Origin: Bacteroidota bacterium
GTDB taxonomy: Bacteria > Bacteroidota > Bacteroidia > AKYH767-A > OLB10
Direction: 5' to 3'
DNA length: 64,000 nucleotides
NCBI GenBank assembly: GCA_016714535.1
Contig: JADKDR010000007.1
Coordinates: 1,022 to 65,021, forward strand
Under the pieces are notes generated by a model. The model worked only from the letters and a program-made list of their open reading frames with translations, did not search any database and had not been told where the DNA came from. Shown piece by piece: positions 20,640 through 30,212 of the stretch. The translations under genes and the position numbers were made by a program. Each line of letters begins with the position of its first letter. Position 1 is the stretch's first letter.

Positions 20640-23600
20640 ATGTTTTTTGCAATTTTTAAATTTGAAATAAAGTATTGGCTAAGAAACTGGTCGTTTTACA
20701 TTTACTTATCCATTTTCTTTTTACTTGCATTGCTAAGTATGGCAGGTGCTGCCGGAGCATTTGGCGAAGGAAGTGCTGCTACAGAAAATATGGCTAATTC
20801 GCCAATGAGCATTTATGGGTTTACCATCTTCTTCAATAAATTTCTTTTATTCCTTATTCCTGCCATTGTTGGCAATACAATTTATAAAGACTACAAAAGC
20901 AACTTTAACAGCATATTGCATACATATCCATTTTCAAAAAAGGATTACTTATTAGCAAAGTTTACAAGTGCTTTTTTGATAGTTTGTTTAATTGCATTTT
21001 CGGTGGAGCTAGGTTTAATACTCGGCACAAAACTACCAACCGTGAATCCAAAACAATTACTTCCTTTTAATACGATGACTTATGTGCAATCGTTTTGTAT
21101 TTATTTAATTCCCAATTTATTGTTGTTCAGTATTGTTGTTTTTTCAATTGTGTTGCTTAGTAGAAATATTTACAATGGTTTTATTTCCATTGTTTTGATT
21201 TGGCTTCTAAAAGAAATAGGTGTTCGACTGTTGGGCGCTGATGGCATAGCAAGTATGGTGATAGATCCTTTTGGCGAAAGTGCAGTGCAATACTTTACCC
21301 GATACTGGAATTTAGCTGAACAAAATATTCTTTCCCTTCCCTCGCAACCAATTATTTTAATCAATAGGCTTGTGTGGCTATTTATAGGGTTAACTATTTT
21401 TATTGCAACATATCGCTGGTTTTCATTTAGCCAAAATCCATTTTCGTTTGGTTTGAAATCTAAAAAAATTGAAAGTGTCACTAAAGACAATTTTAGAAGC
21501 ATTCTCAAAATCGATTTAATTAAATTGAAATTTGATTTTTCGTTTTTCCAGCAAATCAAAACTTCGTGGAAATTATCACAAACTGATTTTATTTTTATTA
21601 CCCGAAATGGTGCGTTTATAAGTATTGTTATTGCCGGTATTTTATTTATTGCTGCACTATTGCTGCAAATGAACCCACAAACAGATACGAAAATACTACC
21701 AGTGACCTGGCAGATTTTAGGCTTTCCAGTTTTCTTTTTTTCTTTTCTTATTCAAATCCTCACATTTCTTTACGCAGGTATTTTAGTTCATCGTGCAAAA
21801 AATTCACACATTTCAGATCTGATTTCAGTTACTGCTGTTCCAAATTGGGTGCTGCTATTTTCAAAATTTTTAGCATTAGTGAAAATGCAACTAACATTAC
21901 TTTCATTAATCATGATTGTAGGTATTGCAATTCAAATAAACAGCAATTATTACCATTTCGAAATTGGACATTATTTATTCGATTTGTTTGCTATCCATCT
22001 TATAGGTTTTATGATTTGGGCTTTCCTTTCTTTGTTTGTTCAATCCATGTTTAGCAATATTTATTTGAACTTATTCCTTCTTATTTTGATTGCACTAGGG
22101 ATTTCACAACTGCCTTCTTTGGGCATAGAAAATTTTGTGCTTAGATTTAATGACAGTCCAAATGCTAATTTTTATTTGAAATATTCAGATATGAGCGGAT
22201 ACGGAAATTCGCTAATTCCTTACTTCTTGTATAAATTGTATTGGTTTGTTTTCGGAATGTTTTTGTTTAGCATCACGTTACTGGTATGGCAAAGAGAACG
22301 CACAAATTCTATTCTTGAAAGATTTAAAATTGCTAAAAAACGTTTTGTTGGCAAGTTGGCATTTATATCAATTGTATTAATGACGAGTTTTCTATGCTTT
22401 GGTTTTTATCTTTTTCAAAAAGAAAACAACCCTGAAAACAAAATTCTATCTGAAAAAAACGAGACTAACTTATTAACTCAATTCCAAAACAAATACAAAA
22501 AATACGAGCATACTTCACAACCAAGAATTACGTCTGTCTTTATTAAATTAGACATTTTCCCCGAAACTAATTCATTCATTGCAAAAGGAAATTATACACT
22601 CATAAATAAAAGTGAACATACAATTGATACGCTTTTAATAAAAAAGGGGTTTGATGAAATAACTACGCTTTACTTTGATACCAATGCTACTTTAATTGAA
22701 GAAGACACCATCTTTAAATTTTGTATCTATAAACTTGATAATGGCATTGCACCCAATGACAGCATCAACTTAAACTTTACAATTAAAAATCAAAAGAATA
22801 CGCTGTTAACTCAAAATTCAAACATTTTAAAAAATGGAACTTTTCTAAAATCTGACATTTTTCCCCGATTAGGATATTTTGCTGAAACAGAAAAAAAGAT
22901 GCCCAACGACAGTACTGCATTTGCAAATCATTACCAAGGCAATGATGCTGATTTAGTAAATTTTGAGGCTATTGTTAGTACAAGCCCTAAGCAAATTGCA
23001 ATAACATCGGGCAATTTAATAAAGGAATGGTCAGAAGATGGTAGAAGATACTTTCATTACAAAATGGACATACCCTTCAAGTTTGTTTTCGGCTTTAACT
23101 CGGGCGAATTTGCGGTATTGAAAGAAATCTATAAAGGAGTTGATTTGCGGGTTTATTACCACCCAAAACATATATATAACATCGAACAAATGATGGATGG
23201 TTTAAAAGCTTCATTAGATTACAATGTGTTTCATTTTGGTCCTTACCAACACAAGCAAGTTCATATTATTGAATTTTCAAGGTCTGAAGGTTCTTATGCA
23301 ACCACGGCAGGTAACTGTATCCAAACTTCAGAAATCCGTTTTATCAATGATACACGTAATTTAAAAGAAGGTGGAATTGACCTTTCCTTTTACGTAGCTG
23401 CACACGAACTTTCGCATCAATGGTGGGGCAATCAAGTAAGTCCTGCTGATGCATTAGGTGCCACAATGATAACAGAAAGTATGGCAGAATATATTACTGC
23501 AAAAATTTACGAAAAGAAATACGGTAAACAAGGAGCCTTAAAGTTTTTGAAAATCCAGCGTATCCGATATTTATCGGGCAGGGCAAATGAAACAGAACAA

Positions 23601-23909
23601 GAACCGCCCTTGTACTTAGTAAATCCTGAACAATCCTATATTTCTTATGGAAAAGGGGCTATTGCACTCTATACACTAAGTGAATTTATTGGTGAAGAAA
23701 AACTAAATAAAGCTTTAAAAGAATACTTGGATAAAGTAAAATTCCAACCACCGCCCTATACAACATCTATAGAAATGCTTGATTATTTAAAAAAAGCAAC
23801 ACCAGACAGTTTACAATATTTAATTGTAGATATGTTTGAAAAAAATGATAAAGAAAAGACGCTGTCGCACTTTGATGAAATAGTTAAGCGTAAGTCTTCT
23901 AGCTACTAG
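20640..23909 (+). CDS. Fusion protein: polytopic ABC-2-type permease region (about 590 aa) plus M1-family zinc metallopeptidase domain
   Basis: The N-terminal ~590 aa are many hydrophobic helices. The C-terminal ~500 aa contain the gluzincin motif HELSHQWWGN followed by ITESMAEYI (HExxH-x18-E). The start lies 5 nt after the ATPase stop, which suggests one operon. Confidence 0.75.
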   Translation: MFFAIFKFEIKYWLRNWSFYIYLSIFFLLALLSMAGAAGAFGEGSAATENMANSPMSIYGFTIFFNKFLLFLIPAIVGNTIYKDYKSNFNSILHTYPFSKKDYLLAKFTSAFLIVCLIAFSVELGLILGTKLPTVNPKQLLPFNTMTYVQSFCIYLIPNLLLFSIVVFSIVLLSRNIYNGFISIVLIWLLKEIGVRLLGADGIASMVIDPFGESAVQYFTRYWNLAEQNILSLPSQPIILINRLVWLFIGLTIFIATYRWFSFSQNPFSFGLKSKKIESVTKDNFRSILKIDLIKLKFDFSFFQQIKTSWKLSQTDFIFITRNGAFISIVIAGILFIAALLLQMNPQTDTKILPVTWQILGFPVFFFSFLIQILTFLYAGILVHRAKNSHISDLISVTAVPNWVLLFSKFLALVKMQLTLLSLIMIVGIAIQINSNYYHFEIGHYLFDLFAIHLIGFMIWAFLSLFVQSMFSNIYLNLFLLILIALGISQLPSLGIENFVLRFNDSPNANFYLKYSDMSGYGNSLIPYFLYKLYWFVFGMFLFSITLLVWQRERTNSILERFKIAKKRFVGKLAFISIVLMTSFLCFGFYLFQKENNPENKILSEKNETNLLTQFQNKYKKYEHTSQPRITSVFIKLDIFPETNSFIAKGNYTLINKSEHTIDTLLIKKGFDEITTLYFDTNATLIEEDTIFKFCIYKLDNGIAPNDSINLNFTIKNQKNTLLTQNSNILKNGTFLKSDIFPRLGYFAETEKKMPNDSTAFANHYQGNDADLVNFEAIVSTSPKQIAITSGNLIKEWSEDGRRYFHYKMDIPFKFVFGFNSGEFAVLKEIYKGVDLRVYYHPKHIYNIEQMMDGLKASLDYNVFHFGPYQHKQVHIIEFSRSEGSYATTAGNCIQTSEIRFINDTRNLKEGGIDLSFYVAAHELSHQWWGNQVSPADALGATMITESMAEYITAKIYEKKYGKQGALKFLKIQRIRYLSGRANETEQEPPLYLVNPEQSYISYGKGAIALYTLSEFIGEEKLNKALKEYLDKVKFQPPPYTTSIEMLDYLKKATPDSLQYLIVDMFEKNDKEKTLSHFDEIVKRKSSSY

Positions 23910-24338
23910 TACTAAGACATCTTTACGAAACCCCCACTCTACTTAAGCAACACAAAGGACTTTTGCACAGATCGCATTCAGCGACATGAGCCTCTATGCG
24001 GCTAGCATGCACTTCAGCTTTTTAATTATATAGGTGTATTTGTATCGGATTGCTTTTGGGTATATAATATTTGTAACAGTGGCTGTATATGTTTCACTTA
24101 AAGCACCTACCTAGCCTATATTACGTGCGAGGCATCAATAAAGCGTACAACAATTTTTGCACTAGTGCTGCAATCTAAGCTTTATATCTCCATCAGACTT
24201 CGGCAGCATGCAAGTAAATGATTCAATATTAATTCCTTTTTTTTGAATTATGCCATAAGTGTCGTTGTAATTTTTATTTTTAACACAGGTTATTAACGTG
24301 TAGCTTTGGGCTGTTGGGTTTTTTCACAGGCTGACGTT
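23905..24338 (-). mobile_element. Repeat-family copy C (near full length)
   Basis: Begins at or over the TAG stop (23907-23909) of the M1 fusion gene. Shares ttcagcgacatgagcc, ttgtatcggattgcttttggg, tttgtaacagtggctgtatatg, atcaataaagcgtacaac and tgccataagtgtcgttgtaatt. Its last 31 nt gggctgttgggttttttcacaggctgacgtt (24308-24338) are identical to copy E 28820-28850. Confidence 0.65.
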
Positions 24339-24720
24339 ACCAGCAAGCGTAAAAATCGACACAAAAACCATAAACTTGATTGTTAGACATTAAATCTTTA
24401 GAAATAAATACAGACCAACGGGCTGACTTTTTGCCGACACGACAGCCGAGCGCTTCATGTTTTAATTTTTCCACGACCGCAGAAAAAAAAATCTAATTTT
24501 AGCCGACCAACAATTGCCACATTTGGCTTTGCCCCAACCACTAGCCGACAAGTAAAACTATTTAAAATTTCAGTTTTTCGCTGACCTTATTTTTTAAAAC
24601 TATTTGCAATTTATTTATTACTAAATAATAAATATGTTTTATGGATTATATAATTAATATAAATAAATGTTTATGAATAAAATTTCTCAATTTTGCAACG
24701 TCAAACAAAAAAATAAAAAA

Positions 24721-25476
24721 ATGATAAAAGAATTATTCAAGGTTGCCGCTTTAGCAATAACAGTTCAAGCTTTTATTGGATGTAATCCAAGCACAAAAAA
24801 TGAGAACCCTCAAACAACTTCGGAAACTCAAAAGACAACTTACAAGAATCGTCATGTAATGACTAAAGCCGAGCAAGACTCTCTAACCCCTGGCCAAGTT
24901 TTGCAAGAATTCAAAGATGGTAACGAACGCTTTAACTCTGGTAACGTAACCCAAAGAGAGCATTCTGAAGAAATCAGAAAGGCTGCAACTGGTGGTCAAT
25001 TTCCAAAAGCAATGGTTTTAAGTTGTTTGGACAGCCGAGTGCCAGTTGAAGATGTATTTGACCAAGGTATTGGAGACGTTTTTGTAGGCAGGGTTGCAGG
25101 CAACTTTGTTAATACTGACCTATTGGGGAGTATGGAATTTGCTTTTAAAGTGGCAGGAGCTGCACTAATTCTAGTGATGGGGCATCAGCATTGTGGGGCT
25201 GTTAAAGGAGCTATTGATGACGTGCATTTAGACAACATAACATCAATGCTTGCCAATATAAAGCCTGCAGTAGAAATGAGCAAAACTTTTGAAGGCGAAA
25301 AATCTTCTAAGAATGTAGCTTTTGTAAAGTTAGTGGCGCAAAATAATATCAGAAATACGATAGCACAAATTTGAGCTAAAAGTGAAATTTTAAAAGAAAT
25401 GGAAGCTAAAGGGGAAATAAAAATAGTTGGAGCGTTCTATACTTTGAGAACTGGAAAATTAGAGTTCATTGACTAA
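24721..25476 (+). pseudogene. Beta-class carbonic anhydrase, predicted lipoprotein, with an in-frame TGA 34 codons before the natural end
   Basis: Lipobox AFIGC. Beta-CA zinc ligand motifs SCLDSRV and HQHCGAV. Track ORF ends at TGA 25372-25374, but the same frame continues AKSEILKEMEAKGEIKIVGAFYTLRTGKLEFID* to 25476, the usual conserved beta-CA C-terminus. Confidence 0.7.
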
Positions 25477-25508
25477 TATCTTATCACTAATCAAATAATC
25501 AAACAAGA

Positions 25509-26474
25509 ATGAATTTCAATTTACTCATAGAGAATCTAACCAATCCGGCACTATTGTTCTTTGTGCTGGGCGTTATAGCAGTTTATGTAAAAAGCGATTT
25601 GGAGATACCACCTAATTCATCAAAATTTATTTCTCTCTACCTATTATTCTCCATAGGTTTTAAAGGGGGACAAGAACTGTCGCATGAAACATTTACAATT
25701 GAAATCGGATTTTCTATGTTATTTGGTATCTGTATTTCAGCAATCATACCATTATATACTTTTTTTATACTTAAAAGAAAACTGAATGTGTTCGATGCAG
25801 GAGCTATTGCCGCAGCTTATGGCTCTGTAAGTGCAGTTACTTTTGTGACGGCTGTCTCCTATTTAGAAAGTCAACAGATGAGTCTTCATGGACACATGGT
25901 AGCAATAATGGCATTGATGGAATCTCCAGCTATTATAATAGGTTTAGTATTAATTTCTTTATTCAATAAAGATGAATCAACAGCAAAAATTAAAATTCCA
26001 GCGGTGATAAAACATTCCTTGACAAATGGCAGTGTTTTATTAATTCTGGGAAGTTTGGTAATAGGCTTTATGGCAAATGCAAAACAAGCTGAAGGTATTA
26101 AACCATTTACCAATGACTTATTTAAAGGTTTCCTTGCTATTTTTCTATTAGATATGGGGATTACAAGTGGTAGAAAGTTAAAATCATTCTTCTCTTATGG
26201 AATATTTCCGATGGCTTTTGCCATCATTATTCCGTTAGTAAATGGATGTCTTTTTGCCATATTAAGTGGATTTGTAACAACAGATATCACCAACAGATTT
26301 ATCTTTGCTGTCCTAGCTGCAAGTGCATCTTACATAGCAGTGCCAGCCGCAATGAAGATAACAGTTCCTAAAGCGGACCCTGGACTATATCTTCCGATGG
26401 CTCTTGCGGTAACTTTTCCTATAAATATAACGGTTGGTATGCCCATATATTTCCTAATAGTGCAACATTTCTAG
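25509..26474 (+). CDS. SbtA-like sodium-dependent bicarbonate transport family permease (DUF897/Sbt_1 type)
   Basis: About 10 TM helices. The N-terminal PALLFFVLGVIAVYVKSDLEIP...LLFSIGFKGG matches my recollection of the family signature. Adjacent to a carbonic anhydrase. Confidence 0.65.
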   Translation: MNFNLLIENLTNPALLFFVLGVIAVYVKSDLEIPPNSSKFISLYLLFSIGFKGGQELSHETFTIEIGFSMLFGICISAIIPLYTFFILKRKLNVFDAGAIAAAYGSVSAVTFVTAVSYLESQQMSLHGHMVAIMALMESPAIIIGLVLISLFNKDESTAKIKIPAVIKHSLTNGSVLLILGSLVIGFMANAKQAEGIKPFTNDLFKGFLAIFLLDMGITSGRKLKSFFSYGIFPMAFAIIIPLVNGCLFAILSGFVTTDITNRFIFAVLAASASYIAVPAAMKITVPKADPGLYLPMALAVTFPINITVGMPIYFLIVQHF

Positions 26475-26552
26475 TAAAGCTGAAAATAGCAAACAATATG
26501 TTCTTCAAGACAGAATAAAATGTTACTTAAGTATAAACTGGGCGACAAACAA

Positions 26553-27074
26553 AACGCCAGCCGCTAACATTTAGCCGTATAGACGAAAGCCCCCGGGCGA
26601 GTCGAATACGAGGGGCTTTTGTCTATTAGGCCTGCCCTGTATTCTCTAACGGGGTGTTAAGCGACACCGGCATGGGTTGTCGTCATAATTGAGTGGTTTT
26701 GTTGGGGGGGGAGCGTGCTAAATTGCTTAGGTGTAATAGTAAGCAATTTTTGTTTTTTGCTTTTGTTTAACTATGGCTGTATACGATTTGTGGCGTTTTT
26801 AGTTCTTTAATATATCAGGCCAACATTCCTCTTTCAAATTTCAATTTCACGAAATCGAGTTTACAACCAAAAGCATCGATAAAGCGTACAACATTTTCAG
26901 TATCGATGTTGCAATCTAAACTTGATATTTCCATCTGTTGCCGGCAGTGCTTTGCTATGTGATGTGTATTTATTTTTTTTGAAGGTGTGTCAACAGTGTC
27001 GCTGCAATTTTTATTTTTACCACTTGTTATTAACGTGCAGCCTTGGGCAAGTTTGTTTTTCAGAGTCTGACGTT
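26553..27074 (-). mobile_element. Repeat-family copy D (most complete: both terminal inverted repeats plus intact 39-codon transposase-N-terminus mini-ORF 26815..26934)
   Basis: The left end is aacgccagccgctaaca. The reverse complement of the right end is aacgtcagactctgaaa. Hairpin at 26586-26619. Contains taactatggctgtatacg, ttcaaatttcaatttcacgaaatcgag, atcgataaagcgtacaac and tgcaatctaaacttgatatttccat. The minus-strand translation is MEISSLDCNIDTENVVRFIDAFGCKLDFVKLKFERGMLA*. Confidence 0.65.
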
Positions 27075-27142
27075 GTGGGCTACCAATAGGTGGCTGTACT
27101 AACCCGAAAAGTTGTGCAAGAAACAAATGACAAACAACGCAG

Positions 27143-28285
27143 ATGAAACAAAATTATTTGATTTGGCTTTTATTCTTTGTAGCAGAAATGGCCACATCGT
27201 TTCTTTATGGACAAAACAGACCTAACAGAATTCCATTTTATGAAAGTGGTATGTATGGAATTTGTGATTCTAATTTCAATATAATAGTCCATTCCAAGTT
27301 TTTGGCAACTGGAACTTATGAATTCGGAGTTATAAAAGTTGGAATGTAAGAAAAAGATAATATCATTTTCAACTTTCTTGACTTGAATGGTAAAGAACTA
27401 TTTAAAGATTATATGTATGGTTTGCCAAGTGATTTTCACGAAGGTTATGCAACCATTCAAAATGGTAATGGACAAAGTGGAATAATTGACACTTTAGGTA
27501 ATTTGGTTTTGCCATTTAAATTTGTTAGAGTAAATTCTTTTCAAGAGCAACTTGCAACTGTTGCTTGTGACTTTTGGAGTTGGGGAGTTGTGAATTTGAA
27601 AGGCGAAGTAATTATTCCCTGCACCTATGACGACATAGGTTTCTACTTTAAAAATGGATTGAATCGTGTTGGAAAAAAGCAAGAGGCGGCTGATTGTAAA
27701 TATGCTTTGATAGATACTTTAGGGAAATTAGTTACCCCATTTCTCTATGATGAATTAGGTGAAGAACATTATTCATCATTGACAATTTACAAAAACATTA
27801 TGCCAGCGAAAAAAAATGGAAAGTGGGGGTTCATCAATACAGAAGGTAAGGAAACTATTCCATTTCAATATAAATTTGTATCACAGTTTAGAAACGATAA
27901 TGCGGTTGCAGAAGTGGACACTCTATATGGAATGCTCAATTTAAAAGGTGATACTCTTGTTCCATTTACTTATGAATTCATTGACATCATGAGTGATTCA
28001 ATCTATCCAGCAAGAAGAAATAACAAATATGGATTTATCAATTCTCAAAATGAAATTATTATCCCTTTTGAGTATGAATATGTAGCCGGCTTCAATGAAG
28101 GGTTAGGGTTTGCATGTAAGAACGGATGTTGTGGTTTTATTAATTATTCTAATCAGGTAATTATTCCATTCCAGTTTGAAGAAGAAGGATACGGCCCAAA
28201 TAAATTTTGGGACGGCTTAGCTTGGTTAAACTATAATGGTGTTTGGTGCTACATTGACATGTCAGGTAAAATATATAAGCGTTAA
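27143..28285 (+). pseudogene. WG-repeat (KWG-type) protein with signal peptide, interrupted by an in-frame TAA
   Basis: Track ORFs 27143..27349 and 27383..28285 share one frame and are split by TAA 27347-27349 (...GVIKVGM*EKDNIIFNFLDLNGKELF...). Repeated units include KNGKWGFINTEGKETIPFQY, NNKYGFINSQNEIIIPFEY and CCGFINYSNQVIIPFQF. Confidence 0.6.
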
Positions 28286-28371
28286 AAGGAAATGTCAGAA
28301 ACAAGAAAAGACGACAATGCATTGCACAACCTTTGGTGCGAGCCTCCAATAGTTGTACTCCGAATGAATAG

Positions 28372-28850
28372 AACGGCAGCAGATAACATACAGGACTTCG
28401 TGGGGCACGAAGTGCCCACCATGACAACCACGTTGCACAGAACCTTCGGTGCAGTCCCGCAATATGTATTCAGCGCTGTTCGCAATGCTGTGTAGAAATT
28501 TTCGCTATGGGCTTGGCGGTAGTTGACGAGGGTATGTACGGGTGACCATATACGATTAGCAGAACTTTTAGCAATTAGAAATATCACAACTATTAAAACT
28601 GTTACAAATTTTAATTCCATTAAATCGAGCTTGCAAGCAAATGCATCAATAAAGCGTACAACATTTTCTGTATTGATGTTGCAATCTAAACTTGATATTT
28701 ATATTTGATTACTGCAAACTGCGTGTTTGTGATGAATAAATTTTTTCTTTTTTGCTAAGGTTTGCCATAAGTGTTGTTGTAATTATTAATTTTACCTCAT
28801 GCTGTTAACATGCAACTGCGGGCTGTTGGGTTTTTTCACAGGCTGACGTT
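28372..28850 (-). mobile_element. Repeat-family copy E (full length, transposase relic decayed); an extra partial fragment lies just upstream at ~28290-28371
   Basis: The left end is aacggcagcagataaca. Perfect 8-bp hairpin at 28395-28413. Contains ctgttcgcaa, taaatcgagcttgcaagc, atcaataaagcgtacaac, tgcaatctaaacttgatattt and tgccataagtgttgttgtaatt. The right-end 31-mer is identical to copy C. The relic start ATG GAA has become ATA TAA. 28318-28348 (ttgcacaacctttggtgcgagcc) duplicates 28431-28457 (ttgcacagaaccttcggtgcagtcc). Confidence 0.65.
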
Positions 28851-28900
28851 AGGCGCGAGATTAACAGAAGACAAACATCATCACAAATTCAGAGACACGA

Positions 28901-29704
28901 ATGGAATTATTGCCAATTAAAGAAATAAAAATTAATCAAGCCAAAATTGATAAAATCGACCATCTTGTAAAGTCAATTTATAGACTAATTATTTATAGTC
29001 GACATCATTTGGATGACGACCTTTTAGACACATATTTGACAAGTGTACAAGAACTCCAAGAACTTCTTAGTTTGAAAAATGCACAAATGGAAGCCCAAAA
29101 CGAAGAGGAAGCAAAAGAATATTTAAAAAACTTAAAAATATCGTTAGACTTTGTAATTGAGGAGATAATAACACACAATAATTTTGAAAAAGAATTACAA
29201 CTTTTTCAACTTCTTAGATTAGTTTCTCCTGAAACAAATGCAATTCATCCTAATCGTTACAGACAAACATTAGTTCAGGTTGGAGGACATCTTTGTCCAG
29301 ATAAGGAGGATGTTCCTGTGTTAGTATCCGAGTTATTTTACCAAATGCAAAACATAGCCAACCCCATTATAAGAGCAATTTATTTTCATCACGAGTTAAT
29401 TAGAATACATCCATTTGCAGACGGAAATGGTCGAGTAACAAGAATTGCGAAAAACTGGATGTTGATGTTTGATTTATATCCACCAATTTTTATCAATGAC
29501 GCTCCGCAGAAAAAAGAATACATTACCACACTTTCAAAAAGTTTTAAAGATCTGAATAATTCACCAAAAAAGTGGAACGAACACACTGAAGCATTTTTTG
29601 AACAAGAGCTTGACCGCTTATTAGTGAATGCGAATTTACTTTATGATACGGTAAATAGAATTGGATTAGAGAGAGAAAAATCAAGTAAAAGTAATAGCAA
29701 ATGA
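28901..29704 (+). CDS. Fic/DOC family protein (canonical AMPylation-type active-site motif)
   Basis: HPFADGNGRVTR matches HxFx(D/E)GNGRxxR. The preceding helices are typical of the Fic core. Confidence 0.8.
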   Translation: MELLPIKEIKINQAKIDKIDHLVKSIYRLIIYSRHHLDDDLLDTYLTSVQELQELLSLKNAQMEAQNEEEAKEYLKNLKISLDFVIEEIITHNNFEKELQLFQLLRLVSPETNAIHPNRYRQTLVQVGGHLCPDKEDVPVLVSELFYQMQNIANPIIRAIYFHHELIRIHPFADGNGRVTRIAKNWMLMFDLYPPIFINDAPQKKEYITTLSKSFKDLNNSPKKWNEHTEAFFEQELDRLLVNANLLYDTVNRIGLEREKSSKSNSK

Positions 29705-30204
29705 ACCCTTCAAAAATTCAAATTATAGAAACAGTTTTGGTATTAGTTGGTTACCTAACCAGCTACTTCGTAACAAAGACACTTATTAACAACACGCTTA
29801 AAAACACTCACTTGCAGCGAGGCAGAAGAAAAATAATTGTAAAAGCAGTACACCTTTTTTCTTTCATGATCTTAATAATTCTATTATCAGCAGTATGGGG
29901 CCTTGAACAAAGTGAAATCGCTGTTTTCGTTGGAACAATTTTAACCGCATTAGGTATTGCTTTTTTTGCTCAATGGTCATTACTTTCAAATGTTACTTCA
30001 AGCTTGTTATTGTTTTTTAACCATCCCATAAAGATTGGAGATAGAATAAAGGTATTAGATAAAGATTACCCATTTGAAGGAGAAGTCTCGGATTTGACCT
30101 CTTTTTTTGTACATCTTAAAACTGAAAGTGGAGAGATAATAACAATACCAAATTCACTATTATTGCAAAAATCTGTATCGATTTTTGAAAATAAAAAAGT
30201 TTAA
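29701..30204 (+). CDS. Small MscS-like mechanosensitive channel family protein
   Basis: Three TM helices followed by an MscS-type beta domain (IKIGDRIKVLDKDYPFEGEVSDLTSFFVHLKTESGEIITIPNSLLLQKSV). The ATG overlaps the Fic stop (ATGA, 29701-29704). Confidence 0.6.
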   Translation: MNPSKIQIIETVLVLVGYLTSYFVTKTLINNTLKNTHLQRGRRKIIVKAVHLFSFMILIILLSAVWGLEQSEIAVFVGTILTALGIAFFAQWSLLSNVTSSLLLFFNHPIKIGDRIKVLDKDYPFEGEVSDLTSFFVHLKTESGEIITIPNSLLLQKSVSIFENKKV

Positions 30205-30212
30205 ATAATACT

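Noticed and set aside
9283-25374. The in-frame TGA codons in the S41 and carbonic anhydrase genes might indicate TGA recoding (Gly/Trp/Sec genetic code variant).
   Set aside because: TGA clearly terminates well-delimited genes here (for example 1258-1260, 6008-6010 and the Fic stop 29702-29704). Other interrupted genes carry in-frame TAA (14482, 27347). The 16S is Bacteroidota, not a lineage known for code 25 or code 4. No SECIS-like hairpin was noticed.
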